Of a DNA stretch of 64,000 nucleotides, positions 20,004-27,791 are shown piece after piece. This DNA comes from a virus: positions 1-64,000 of IMG/VR virus record IMGVR_UViG_3300046747_000672, one strand, 5' to 3'. The translations under genes and the position numbers were made by a program. How positions within the stretch are numbered: the first letter of the stretch is position 1; each line of letters begins with the position of its first letter. The notes under the pieces were generated by a model. That model did not search any database, had not been told where the DNA came from, and was given only the letters and a program-made list of their open reading frames with translations.

Positions 20004-21371
20004 ATGAGCAGAGGCGTCTACCGCCGCAGGTGGTTTGCGCCTCCGCGCGCTGCGATCGTTGCCGTCCTCACGGCGGCGCAATCGGGCGCGCTCGTTGGCA
20101 GCACGTCGTTCAGCGTCGTCGGCGCTGGTGCAGCCACGTCCGCTGGCGTGCTCGCTGGCACGTCTGCGGTAACGGTCTCGCAGACCGGCGCGGCGACGGG
20201 CACTGGTGCTGCCGTCGGCGCGGCGAGCCTCAGCGTCATCCCGACGGGTGCCGCTACTGGGTCAGGCGCGCTCGTCGGGACGGCATCGCTCTCGTTTGCC
20301 GCAACGGGCACTGCCAGCGGCACAGGGGCGCTCGCTGGGGCATCCGCGGCCACGCTGGCAGGGTCAGGCGTTGCGACCGGCAGCGGAGCGCCAGCGGGCA
20401 GCGCCACGGCATCACTTGCCGCGACGGGGACCGCGACCGGTTCAGGCGCGGCCGTCGGAAGCACGACGGTGACGATCACGCCGACAGGCATCGCCACGGG
20501 GACGGGGGCCCTCGTCGGCGCATCGACCGTCGCGCTCTCTGGCTCGGGCGGGGCAACGGGCAGCGGGGCCGCCGCGGGAGCCGCCACGCTCGCAGTCACG
20601 GGCTCCGGAGGACTGGCCGGTTCTGGCGCGCTGGCGGGCACGTCAACGCTCTCCCTGACCACGACGGGGGCGGCGACATCCGCCGGCGCTCTCGCTGGTT
20701 CCGGTGCCGGCACGTTCACGCCATCGGGCATTGCGACCGGAAGCGGATCGCTTTCGGCGAGCGCGACGCTTGCTCTGTCGGCTACCGCATCCGCCATCGC
20801 GGAGGGCGCGCTCGTCGGCGCTGCCAGCTTCTCGATCACCGGCCAGATCCAGACCGGCGCCGCCGGGTCGGCCTCGTTCTCGATCATCGCGAGCGGGAAC
20901 GCGACAGGCACCGGGGCGCTCGCTGGTGCCACCACAGCGACGCTTTCGGCGTCTGGTGCAGCAACCAGCGCCGGAGCACTGAGCGGCGCTACTACAGTCT
21001 CCTGCGCGGCCACGGGCACCGCGACGAGCCAAGGCGCTTGCGTCGGTAGTGCCAGCGTCGAGGTCGCTTGCGCTGGCACGGCGGCCGGGTCCGGTGCGCT
21101 CGTCGGTGCCGCATCCTTCGCGTTCGCCGCCTCCGCGACTGCCGAGGTCGGGACCGGACCAACCGGCTCGGCGTCATTCGCGTTCACCTGCGCGGGCACG
21201 CTCACGGCGCCAGGCGCGCTTGTCGGCTCGGCGTCGTTCGCACTGTCGGCGTCCGGGACGCTGACTGCGTCGGCGACGGTGCCGATCCGCGTCCGGACGC
21301 ACCTCGTCGCTCTCGCTCGGCCGACATCGACTCTCATGGCTCTTCCACGACCGACCACGACGCTCGCATGA
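20004..21371 (+). CDS. Ala/Gly/Ser/Thr-rich protein with about 20-aa tandem repeats (fibre shaft-like)
   Basis: Repeat unit GA(L/A)xGxxxxxxxxxGxATGx occurring many times. Confidence 0.75.
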   Translation: MSRGVYRRRWFAPPRAAIVAVLTAAQSGALVGSTSFSVVGAGAATSAGVLAGTSAVTVSQTGAATGTGAAVGAASLSVIPTGAATGSGALVGTASLSFAATGTASGTGALAGASAATLAGSGVATGSGAPAGSATASLAATGTATGSGAAVGSTTVTITPTGIATGTGALVGASTVALSGSGGATGSGAAAGAATLAVTGSGGLAGSGALAGTSTLSLTTTGAATSAGALAGSGAGTFTPSGIATGSGSLSASATLALSATASAIAEGALVGAASFSITGQIQTGAAGSASFSIIASGNATGTGALAGATTATLSASGAATSAGALSGATTVSCAATGTATSQGACVGSASVEVACAGTAAGSGALVGAASFAFAASATAEVGTGPTGSASFAFTCAGTLTAPGALVGSASFALSASGTLTASATVPIRVRTHLVALARPTSTLMALPRPTTTLA

Positions 21372-21709
21372 ACCGACTCGAGATCACCCGCGGCGACACG
21401 AAAATCTTCGCGTCGTCCGTCGCTGGCGACGACAAGTCCCTCGCCGGCGCGACGATCCGGATGATGTTCCGCCGCACGGCAACGGGCGTCGCGGTCATCA
21501 CGAAGTCGACGAGCAGCGGCATCGCGGTCACCTCCGACGTCGCCGACAACCGGGCGTTCACCGTGACGTTTCTGCCGGCGGACACGTCGGCGCTCTCCGT
21601 GCGCGGCGAGGTGTTTTCGTACGACGTCGAGATCACGTACGCCGACGGATACGTGGTAACGACTGAGAGCGGGACCTTGGTTGTCAACGGGGACGTCACT
21701 TTCACATGA
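21368..21709 (+). CDS. BppU N-terminal-like Ig-fold virion protein
   Basis: ITRGDT, LAGATIRM, PADT, YDVEITYADG...G.L.V..DVT. Confidence 0.7.
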   Translation: MNRLEITRGDTKIFASSVAGDDKSLAGATIRMMFRRTATGVAVITKSTSSGIAVTSDVADNRAFTVTFLPADTSALSVRGEVFSYDVEITYADGYVVTTESGTLVVNGDVTFT

Positions 21710-21728
21710 GCAAGGAGAACGCCGGCTA

Positions 21729-22421
21729 ATGCGCACTGTTGCCTGGGTCGCCGGCATCGGTCGGCTATCTGCTGCGGAACTTCACGCGCTGGCGCTCGCG
21801 GCCGATGCGATCGACACGCCGGTCGACGCTCTCGCCGCGGTGATCAGCTTCGAGACCGGTGGCACGTTCAACCCTGCCGAACCGAACCGCGCCGGCTCCG
21901 GAGCGACGGGACTGATCCAGTTCATGCCTTCGACGGCGAAGAGCTTGGGGGCGACGACGGACGCGCTCGCGAAGATGACGTTCACCGAGCAGCTCGCCTA
22001 CGTCTCGCGCTACTTCTCATGGTTCCGCGGCCCGTTCGACACCGTCGAGAAACTGTACTGCGCGGTCTTCTGGCCCGCCGCGATTCATCAGCCGGACGAC
22101 TACGTGATCGCGGTCGCAGGCTCGGCCGTGTTTCGGCAGAACGCCGGCTTTGACACGCGCGGGAATCGCGACGGCAAGATCACCCGAGGCGAGATTTGCC
22201 ACGCTGTCAGGTCCGTGCTCGATGCGGCAGCGGACAAGCCTCGGATCGAGATCGCAGAACCTGACGACGCAGGGTCGCCGTTCACCAACGACGAGAAGGC
22301 GCAAATACTCGCGCTCGTTGCCGCGACATCGAGTCTGGCGACCGAGGACTTTCGCCATGGCTCGCCCGTGCCAGACGACGAAGTCACACAGCCGGACGCA
22401 CCGCTGAAGCCGAGCGCCTAG
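21729..22421 (+). CDS. Lytic transglycosylase (SLT-like), probable endolysin
   Basis: AVISFETGG (catalytic Glu), SGATGLIQFMPSTA; AAGGAG RBS. Confidence 0.85.
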   Translation: MRTVAWVAGIGRLSAAELHALALAADAIDTPVDALAAVISFETGGTFNPAEPNRAGSGATGLIQFMPSTAKSLGATTDALAKMTFTEQLAYVSRYFSWFRGPFDTVEKLYCAVFWPAAIHQPDDYVIAVAGSAVFRQNAGFDTRGNRDGKITRGEICHAVRSVLDAAADKPRIEIAEPDDAGSPFTNDEKAQILALVAATSSLATEDFRHGSPVPDDEVTQPDAPLKPSA

Positions 22422-22477
22422 CGCCACCAAAACTACCTGCCCGACAGCCGCTCTGACCTCCGGCGGCCCGGGACGCC

Positions 22478-22519
22478 AAAGGCCACTCTCGCGCGAGCGG
22501 GGGTGGCTTTTCGTGTTTT
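22478..22519 (+). terminator. Rho-independent terminator ending the late operon
   Basis: 11-bp stem GCCACTCTCGC / GCGGGGGTGGC, GCGA tetraloop, TTTTCGTGTTTT tail. Confidence 0.85.
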
Positions 22520-22659
22520 GGCGATGCCCATTCGGGCAATAGGGCCCCCGCGGCGTCATCACCGCCAGGGAGGCTTGTCGACTCATTTTCCCAGACTTGC
22601 GTCTGCGTCGTCACGAGTCGGCGGAGACCTGAAAATCACAGTCCCGTACTGCGATTTTT

Positions 22660-22679
22660 GGTGCTGTCCTAATTTGCCC
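22660..22679 (+). repeat. Left terminal inverted repeat
   Basis: GGTGCTGTCCTAATTTGCCC. Confidence 0.93.
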
Positions 22680-22745
22680 AGCCTCGTGGCGGTCGGCCCC
22701 CGCTGCCCGTGACGTCGCGACGGAGCGTGGCTAGGCTTCGGTGCA

Positions 22746-23075
22746 ATGGTGCCGACCAAGATGAGCGGGACGACCCGATGGATCGAGTTCAACCCTGAAG
22801 CCTCCAAGGCCTTCGACGTTGTCGACGCCATCGTCTCAGACGAGCGGATCGCGTTCGATGCGAAGGACGGGCAGTACCAGTACGTCGTGAAGCTGGCGCC
22901 TGCTCCTGGGGAGCCCGTTCGGTGGACTGGCGACTGGGTCGGCAAACTACCCACCGACGGCGGCGGCCTGGTCGATGTCCGCCGCTACGACTCGAAGGAA
23001 GGCGGCGTGGCGCTGGTCGGCGTTTGGAAGGATGGCGAGAACGTGGTGGACTGGATCACGGAGCTCCGGCCGTAG
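22746..23075 (+). CDS. Hypothetical cargo protein
   Basis: TAGGCT -10 box 8 nt before ATG; protein-like composition. Confidence 0.6.
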   Translation: MVPTKMSGTTRWIEFNPEASKAFDVVDAIVSDERIAFDAKDGQYQYVVKLAPAPGEPVRWTGDWVGKLPTDGGGLVDVRRYDSKEGGVALVGVWKDGENVVDWITELRP

Positions 23076-23399
23076 ATGGGCAAGCACGACAACGTGCAGG
23101 ACGACGTCTCGGTCGAAGAGCTCCAGCGCGCGGTGGAACACTTGCACGGCTGCACCGCGACGTTCGTCGAAGCCGTCGAGGTCCGCGAGGAGCACGGCGG
23201 TAAGGTCATCTGGGAGGGCGCGGTGAAGATCTTCGACCTCGTCGGCCACCCGAAAGCGAAGCGCGCATATGCTTGGTCGTACGCGACGACAGGCACCAAG
23301 CGACGCTTCGTCGCGGTGCTCGGGTTGCCGCCCGTGGACTCGGCCGTGATGGCCGTCAGGGCGACGATCTTGGCGGACGAGAAGGCAAGTCGAGGCTGA
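23076..23399 (+). CDS. Conserved hypothetical cargo protein
   Basis: WEG.V..FDL.GHPKAKRAYAW...VL..PPV.S motif; abuts the previous stop. Confidence 0.7.
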   Translation: MGKHDNVQDDVSVEELQRAVEHLHGCTATFVEAVEVREEHGGKVIWEGAVKIFDLVGHPKAKRAYAWSYATTGTKRRFVAVLGLPPVDSAVMAVRATILADEKASRG

Positions 23400-23450
23400 T
23401 CGCGCGATTTAGTCCTAGAACTAAACGGCATTTCGCTTCATGCTGGACAG

Positions 23451-23539
23451 CGGAAGGTGGTGGAATCGAACCACCGGGCGCGCGAACGCCCGCCAGGGCA
23501 TGTAGAGGACCCAGTTTTTCGCCGTTTCGGGCACCTTCC
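23451..23539 (-). ncRNA. tRNA-like RNA B (8/4 or 7/5 fold, long variable arm, CUA at the anticodon position)
   Basis: Acceptor GGAAGGT(G)/(C)ACCTTCC+G; T arm (G)GTGG-TTCGATT-CCAC(C); V arm GGGCG/CGCCC; irregular D arm; imperfect anticodon stem; no encoded CCA. Confidence 0.7.
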
Positions 23540-23642
23540 TGGTCGGCACGGTACGAGTCGAACGTCGCAGGTGGCAGCCTGCGTCCCCTTCGGATGCGTG
23601 TCGTGCATCCCGCCAACCGAGGCAGGCAGGGGAACCGTGCCA
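23540..23642 (-). ncRNA. tRNA-like RNA A (9/3 fold, encoded ACCA, extra helix)
   Basis: 9-bp acceptor TGGCACGGT/ACCGTGCCG+ACCA; T arm ACG-TTCGACT-CGT; arms GGATGC/GCATCC (7-nt loop) and GCAGG/CCTGC; extra TCCCCT/AGGGGA helix. Confidence 0.7.
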
Positions 23643-23648
23643 GAATCG

Positions 23649-24452
23649 CTAGTTCTTCACCTCCTCGGCGTCATCGATCTGGGTCTCCAAGAAGGCGTTC
23701 ATGCGCTTCACGTCGGCCGCGGTGAAGTCGGGCGGGAGTGGAATGTCGATCACGCGTCCCCGCGATAGCTTGCACTTGTAGACAATGAAGTCCGCCGGAA
23801 CGTGAAGCGTCTGCGTCCCGGCTGGCGCGGCGGGCGATTTCGGCGTGTCCGCACTATTCTCCTTCGCGACCGCGGGCGCGGCATCGAGACTGATCTGCCC
23901 CGATGGCGTCAGCAGCTCTGCCGTCTTCAGCGAATCAAGGAATGCGTCTGCGGCCATCAGGGCCATCGACTCCACAATACCGTGGTCGGTGTAGAGAAGG
24001 TTCCTGAGCCCCTCCCTCGTCGGAGCAGGGTGTCCACTGAATTGTTCGAGGAGCTTCGTGTACAACTCGGTGGTCCGCATCGCGGCGATCTTCGCGGCGC
24101 GCCCAGCCTCCGGCGTCAGAGGGTTCGTGACACGAAGGGCGAGGTCCGTCACCTTGAGGCGTCCGCTTTCGCCGCGCCCGACGCGTTCGATCAGGCCGTA
24201 CAGCATCGCGCTCGGCACCCCGTACGCCCACCGACGGTCCGTGTTCTTCGCGATCCCCAGCTCCCTCATTATCGCGTCGCTCGATGCCTCCTTGCCTCCG
24301 ACGCGCCGAACGGCCTGCACCATCTCGATCGCCTGCCCGATGCCGTAGTACGGGTACTTCGTTTCGCTTCGAGCTTTGCCATCTCCCGAAGCCACGTTTT
24401 CTGGTCGCTGCGAATCCGACCCGTTTCCCCCCGCTGCATTCTGGTCGACCAT
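23649..24452 (-). CDS. Uncharacterised 267-aa protein, probably winged-helix nucleic-acid binding
   Basis: YPYY...AIE...GG...I..ELG...AMLYGLIER...VTDLA pattern; GAGG RBS; stop 6 nt upstream of the tRNA-like pair. Confidence 0.75.
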   Translation of the reverse strand: MVDQNAAGGNGSDSQRPENVASGDGKARSETKYPYYGIGQAIEMVQAVRRVGGKEASSDAIMRELGIAKNTDRRWAYGVPSAMLYGLIERVGRGESGRLKVTDLALRVTNPLTPEAGRAAKIAAMRTTELYTKLLEQFSGHPAPTREGLRNLLYTDHGIVESMALMAADAFLDSLKTAELLTPSGQISLDAAPAVAKENSADTPKSPAAPAGTQTLHVPADFIVYKCKLSRGRVIDIPLPPDFTAADVKRMNAFLETQIDDAEEVKN

Positions 24453-24623
24453 GACGTTGAACCTCGTGTCCAGAATCTATCCGAACCTAACCGGCGACGT
24501 CAGTAGATTTGATATTTTCGTTAGGCGTGGCGTTAGATTGTCAGCCGAACCGGTCAGAATAAAATAAGTTTTGATCTGATAAACTGCCGTACTAATTCAT
24601 ATTTTTGTTCTAGACTCCGGTGC

Positions 24624-24851
24624 ATGTCGTCGAGGTCAATCGCCAGAGTCGTTGGGCTGTCTGAGTTGATGGAGTCATTCGACGGGATGGCAAGAAGCGT
24701 GTTCGGGATGTCTGGATCCGAATTCGAGATGGCTTATTACGCTGGAATCATTGCTGATTCTGGTGAATTACGGGACCTCGCCTCTGTGCTATCGCTCATC
24801 GAGCGACTCCGTGAGCGAGATAAGATCGTCAGGATTGGACGACCTCTTTGA
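24624..24851 (+). CDS. Small hypothetical protein (low GC)
   Basis: TAGACT -10 box 7 nt before ATG; divergent from the 267-aa gene. Confidence 0.5.
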   Translation: MSSRSIARVVGLSELMESFDGMARSVFGMSGSEFEMAYYAGIIADSGELRDLASVLSLIERLRERDKIVRIGRPL

Positions 24852-24866
24852 TTCCGACAGACTCAC

Positions 24867-25067
24867 CTATGAATCGGTCGCTGCCGCGACAACCTTTCGG
24901 ATCCAGTCCGAAAGAGCGAGCCCAGACTTCTCGGCCGCCGTCTCGGCCGCGTCCCGCTCCGCCTGCGTCCACCGCAACGTGAGCGCCGCCGCCTTTCGCT
25001 CCTCTGGCGCCTTGGGCGGCCTCCCCATCCTCTTCTTCGGTGTCTTGCTCGCTTTGCGTTGGCTCAC
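24867..25067 (-). CDS. Ribbon-helix-helix-type DNA-binding protein
   Basis: GRPPK...LTLRWTQAERDAAETAAEKSGLALSDWIR; GTG overlaps the transposase TGA. Confidence 0.75.
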   Translation of the reverse strand: MSQRKASKTPKKRMGRPPKAPEERKAAALTLRWTQAERDAAETAAEKSGLALSDWIRKVVAAATDS

Positions 25068-25906
25068 GATCGCCCCACATTCATGGCCGCGTCGAGCAGG
25101 TCGTCTATCGACCACAGCGTCGCTGTGATACCTGCGGCCATCGCTGGCGTCGTGCGAAGCGTCGTGTGCCGTCGCACGAAGTTATAGAAACCGAAGTGAA
25201 GCGCGGTCGCCGCAACGTGGTTCTCGAACTTCTTCGAGTGCGCGTTGGTGAGGCGTGTGTACCGGCGAACGCCCATGCGCACCGTGAGGTTCTGGCGCTC
25301 GACGTAGGACGTCGAAACGAGCTCGGCGACGGGCTCGCCAAAGATCGGCGTCTTCTCCGTGCCCGTGACCTTGGGCGGCGAGTACCTACCAGGACCGGTG
25401 GCTTCGGCCTCGTACGATTTTACGAGCGTCGCGTAGTCGACGCCTTTATCTGCGAAGGCACCGCGGATCGCCTCGACGTACGTGCGGAGTCCGTCCGTCG
25501 TGACCTGCACGCGGTAGCGAAGACGCGAGGCGAGGTCCGCCACGAACGCATCGGTATGCGCTGCGTCGCGTTTCCCAACGAGGAACGATGGGACGAGCTT
25601 CGTTTCCGCGTCGAGCGCGACGAAGGTCCACGTGTCGCCGATGCGGGAGGAATCATCTTCCGGAAGGACGTGACGTTGCTTCTTGCCGACGAACGCCCAG
25701 AGCTCGTCCAGCTCCAGCCGCTCGCAAGCAAGGTCGCGCATCGTCGCGTTGAGCAGGTCAGCGCAGCCGTTCCCGACACGGACCATGAGGCGAAGGATCG
25801 TGTCCCGATGCACGCTAGTCATCCGCTCGATCGAGCGGGCGGAGTTCCCCTCCACGAGGGCCGAGAGGATCGCGATCTGCTTCTCACGGGGAAGAACGTT
25901 GCTCAT
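25064..25906 (-). CDS. IS1-family DDE transposase (single ORF)
   Basis: N-term HTH LVEGNSARSIER; ELDELW (D), TTDG (D), TSYVERQNLT.RM..RR.TRLTN..SKK (E); TPAMAAG. Confidence 0.92.
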   Translation of the reverse strand: MSNVLPREKQIAILSALVEGNSARSIERMTSVHRDTILRLMVRVGNGCADLLNATMRDLACERLELDELWAFVGKKQRHVLPEDDSSRIGDTWTFVALDAETKLVPSFLVGKRDAAHTDAFVADLASRLRYRVQVTTDGLRTYVEAIRGAFADKGVDYATLVKSYEAEATGPGRYSPPKVTGTEKTPIFGEPVAELVSTSYVERQNLTVRMGVRRYTRLTNAHSKKFENHVAATALHFGFYNFVRRHTTLRTTPAMAAGITATLWSIDDLLDAAMNVGRS

Positions 25907-25913
25907 GATACTT

Positions 25914-25941
25914 ATTGTATCGCATAAATGCCACGTGGCAA
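25914..25941 (-). promoter_or_regulatory. Transposase sigma70-type promoter with palindromic operator
   Basis: TTGCCA-N16-TACAAT-N7-ATG; perfect palindrome TGCCACGTGGCA (25929-25940) over the -35 box. Confidence 0.7.
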
Positions 25942-25979
25942 GAACCCCTTTTTGCGACGCAATAAATTGGCCGCCCGGT

Positions 25980-26465
25980 CTATGCCATCGGATGCGATTC
26001 CCAGTGCGCTTGCCGCGAGCGCATGCCGACGCGAAACGGCTTTGGCGACGAAGCAATCTCGTGGAGAGTTTCGGCCGGATAATGCGTGGCCGGTTTCTCG
26101 TTGGCGACCAGTAGGCGCAGCATGCGATCACATGTCACGCCAATCTCGTCGTGATCGTTTTCCCAGCGCGAAAGCGTGGCCGGGTCGATGCCCATGCGCT
26201 GAGCAAGATCTCGCCCACTCAGCCCAATAGACTTCCGCAAGAATTTGATCTCGTCCCCCGTGAATCTAGTGGGCTTCTGAATCAGAGCCATCGCGATAGA
26301 CTTGTGGAGCCCTTCAATGTTTGAGATCGCGACTTCAGTGGCGCCGCACTTTCCACAACGCCGGACGGGGACATCGCAGAGGGTCACGTAAGGGAGACCG
26401 CACTCCGCGTATTTGTAGTTCTCCGTCGTTTCCGTAAGCCTATTGCCACACTCGGTGCATTTCAT
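25980..26465 (-). CDS. MqsA/YgiT-type antitoxin (zinc finger + XRE HTH)
   Basis: MKCTECG...RCGKCG; EIKFLRKSIGLSGRDLAQRMGIDPATLSRWEN. Confidence 0.88.
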   Translation of the reverse strand: MKCTECGNRLTETTENYKYAECGLPYVTLCDVPVRRCGKCGATEVAISNIEGLHKSIAMALIQKPTRFTGDEIKFLRKSIGLSGRDLAQRMGIDPATLSRWENDHDEIGVTCDRMLRLLVANEKPATHYPAETLHEIASSPKPFRVGMRSRQAHWESHPMA

Positions 26466-26797
26466 CGATGCTTCCTCCATGCCGTGGCGATGTACAGTTC
26501 TGTTCGGCTTCGAAAGCCAACGATCACGCACATCCTTGGAGTTTCTATGTGGTGCCTCCAGCACCCATTCTCCCATTCGGCCTCACTGACAACGCCAGCG
26601 CGCAAAATGTTCGTCACGTCCACCATGGATAGATTGTCCTTCTCCATCTCCCTCAATGCGTGCCCCTTCGGGGGCACGACGAATCCTCCAGAAAGGATGG
26701 CAGTGATGACCTCCTTCGCCTCCCTTGCCTTAAGCGGTTCGAGCAGTTCTACGTCATCTCCGTCTTGATCTTTAGTCAACGCTTGTCCTCCGGTCAA
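26462..26797 (-). CDS. DUF4258-family toxin (RelE-like RNase); start uncertain
   Basis: HALREMEKDNLSMVDVTNILRAG...IATAW; stop overlaps the antitoxin ATG. Confidence 0.8.
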   Translation of the reverse strand: MTGGQALTKDQDGDDVELLEPLKAREAKEVITAILSGGFVVPPKGHALREMEKDNLSMVDVTNILRAGVVSEAEWENGCWRHHIETPRMCVIVGFRSRTELYIATAWRKHR

Positions 26798-26841
26798 GGC
26801 CTAGACCAACGGGTTCGTTTTCGGCAAATTGTCGAATCTAC

Positions 26842-26857
26842 TTGACCGTCAGGTCAA
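26842..26857. promoter_or_regulatory. Inverted repeat, likely TA operator
   Basis: TTGACC-GTCA-GGTCAA upstream of the toxin gene. Confidence 0.5.
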
Positions 26858-26904
26858 CTGCCTAGCTCGACTTCGCTGGGCATAAATACGCCGCAGCGCA
26901 TCGC

Positions 26905-27225
26905 TCACCGACTCCCGCAGAACGGGCACGGCTGCGGCCCGGGCCACCTGCCGGCTAGGATCTGTTCGACGGGCGCCCAAGCGATCCTCGCCACGCAGAG
27001 CGCCATGCCAGGGCTCACCCGATGCTTCGCTTCGGTCGAGTGTCGCAGCGTGCGCAGTCCGACCCCCATCAGTTCGGCCACCCGCTTGCGCCCGTAGCGA
27101 GCTCGCAGCTTGCGGATCGCGGCCTTCACGTTCACCTGCTCGGCTGCCGTGAGTTGCCACGACCGCTTCGGTGGCGCGCCAGGCGCACGCCGCGACCAAG
27201 CCTGCTTCTCCCGAAGGATCGTCAT
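26905..27225 (-). CDS. HTH protein with C-terminal CPFC
   Basis: RKRVAELMGVGLRTLR HTH-like segment. Confidence 0.6.
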   Translation of the reverse strand: MTILREKQAWSRRAPGAPPKRSWQLTAAEQVNVKAAIRKLRARYGRKRVAELMGVGLRTLRHSTEAKHRVSPGMALCVARIAWAPVEQILAGRWPGPQPCPFCGSR

Positions 27226-27437
27226 GCGTCCGCGCGCCTCGCGTCAACGCGCGGAATGGCAAAAGCGCACGACGGCGCGCACTCGGCTGTCCTCCGCCTG
27301 CACGCGAAGCGCTTCCAGCACGATGTAGAGCGCCGCCGCGTGGCAGTTGCCAGCGGACGCATGCAGGCGGCTCGCGTCGCAGAGCTCGGCGAGCATCCTG
27401 TAGAGCTCGATGCCGATGGCCGGTGGCCTCGGTCGCT

Positions 27438-27656
27438 TCACGAACGCCCCCTCCTGCCCAGCCTCGCCGCGGTGGCCAGCCAAACGGCGTCGACCGCCTC
27501 TGCGTGCGCCTTCCAGGCAGCTTCGATGGCGACCATCAGCAGACGGAACGCATGGCGCTCGGCGGCCTTCAGTGCCGCGAGTTCGGCCATGGCTTCGTCT
27601 GCGACGTCGCGCCGGTTGCGCCCCTTCGGGCGGACTCGTACCTTCCCGTCGTTCAT
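27438..27656 (-). CDS. Small helical hypothetical protein
   Basis: GGAGGT RBS 6 nt before ATG. Confidence 0.5.
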   Translation of the reverse strand: MNDGKVRVRPKGRNRRDVADEAMAELAALKAAERHAFRLLMVAIEAAWKAHAEAVDAVWLATAARLGRRGRS

Positions 27657-27771
27657 CGGACTTACCTCCGGTGGACTGGGCTCCGAGCGTCTCTAGCGCT
27701 CGGGGCCCGCTTGGTTTCTGCCGGAGGGGTAGCAGTCGGAGCGGAGCGACGGGTGGGGAAAGGTGGCGGAC

Positions 27772-27791
27772 GGGCAAATTAGGACAGCACC
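27772..27791 (-). repeat. Right terminal inverted repeat
   Basis: GGGCAAATTAGGACAGCACC is the reverse complement of the left TIR. Confidence 0.93.

Larger units (their letters stand above)
22660..27791. mobile_element. IS1-family cargo-carrying transposon, 5,132 bp
   Basis: Perfect 20-bp TIRs GGTGCTGTCCTAATTTGCCC; flanking 8-bp direct repeat CGATTTTT at 22652-22659 and 27792-27799; internal DDE transposase. Confidence 0.93.

Noticed and set aside
20080-21290. DNA-level repeat array
   Set aside because: The periodicity is explained by degenerate protein repeats in the coding frame.
20018-21757. 579-aa minus-strand ORF and similar long antisense or Arg-rich ORFs (e.g. 608-1684, 4454-5767, 7615-9033, 57665-58870)
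   Set aside because: Shadow frames of real genes in high-GC DNA, with no motifs.
23451-23642. Calling the two RNAs canonical tRNAs, including tRNA-Sec
   Set aside because: D arms and anticodon loops deviate from consensus, there is no UCA anticodon, and B lacks an encoded CCA; reported as tRNA-like only.
25907-26131. N-terminal extension of the transposase shown in the ORF track (355 aa)
   Set aside because: It overlaps the antitoxin gene and the transposase promoter; the family-like sequence starts at MSNVL (25906).
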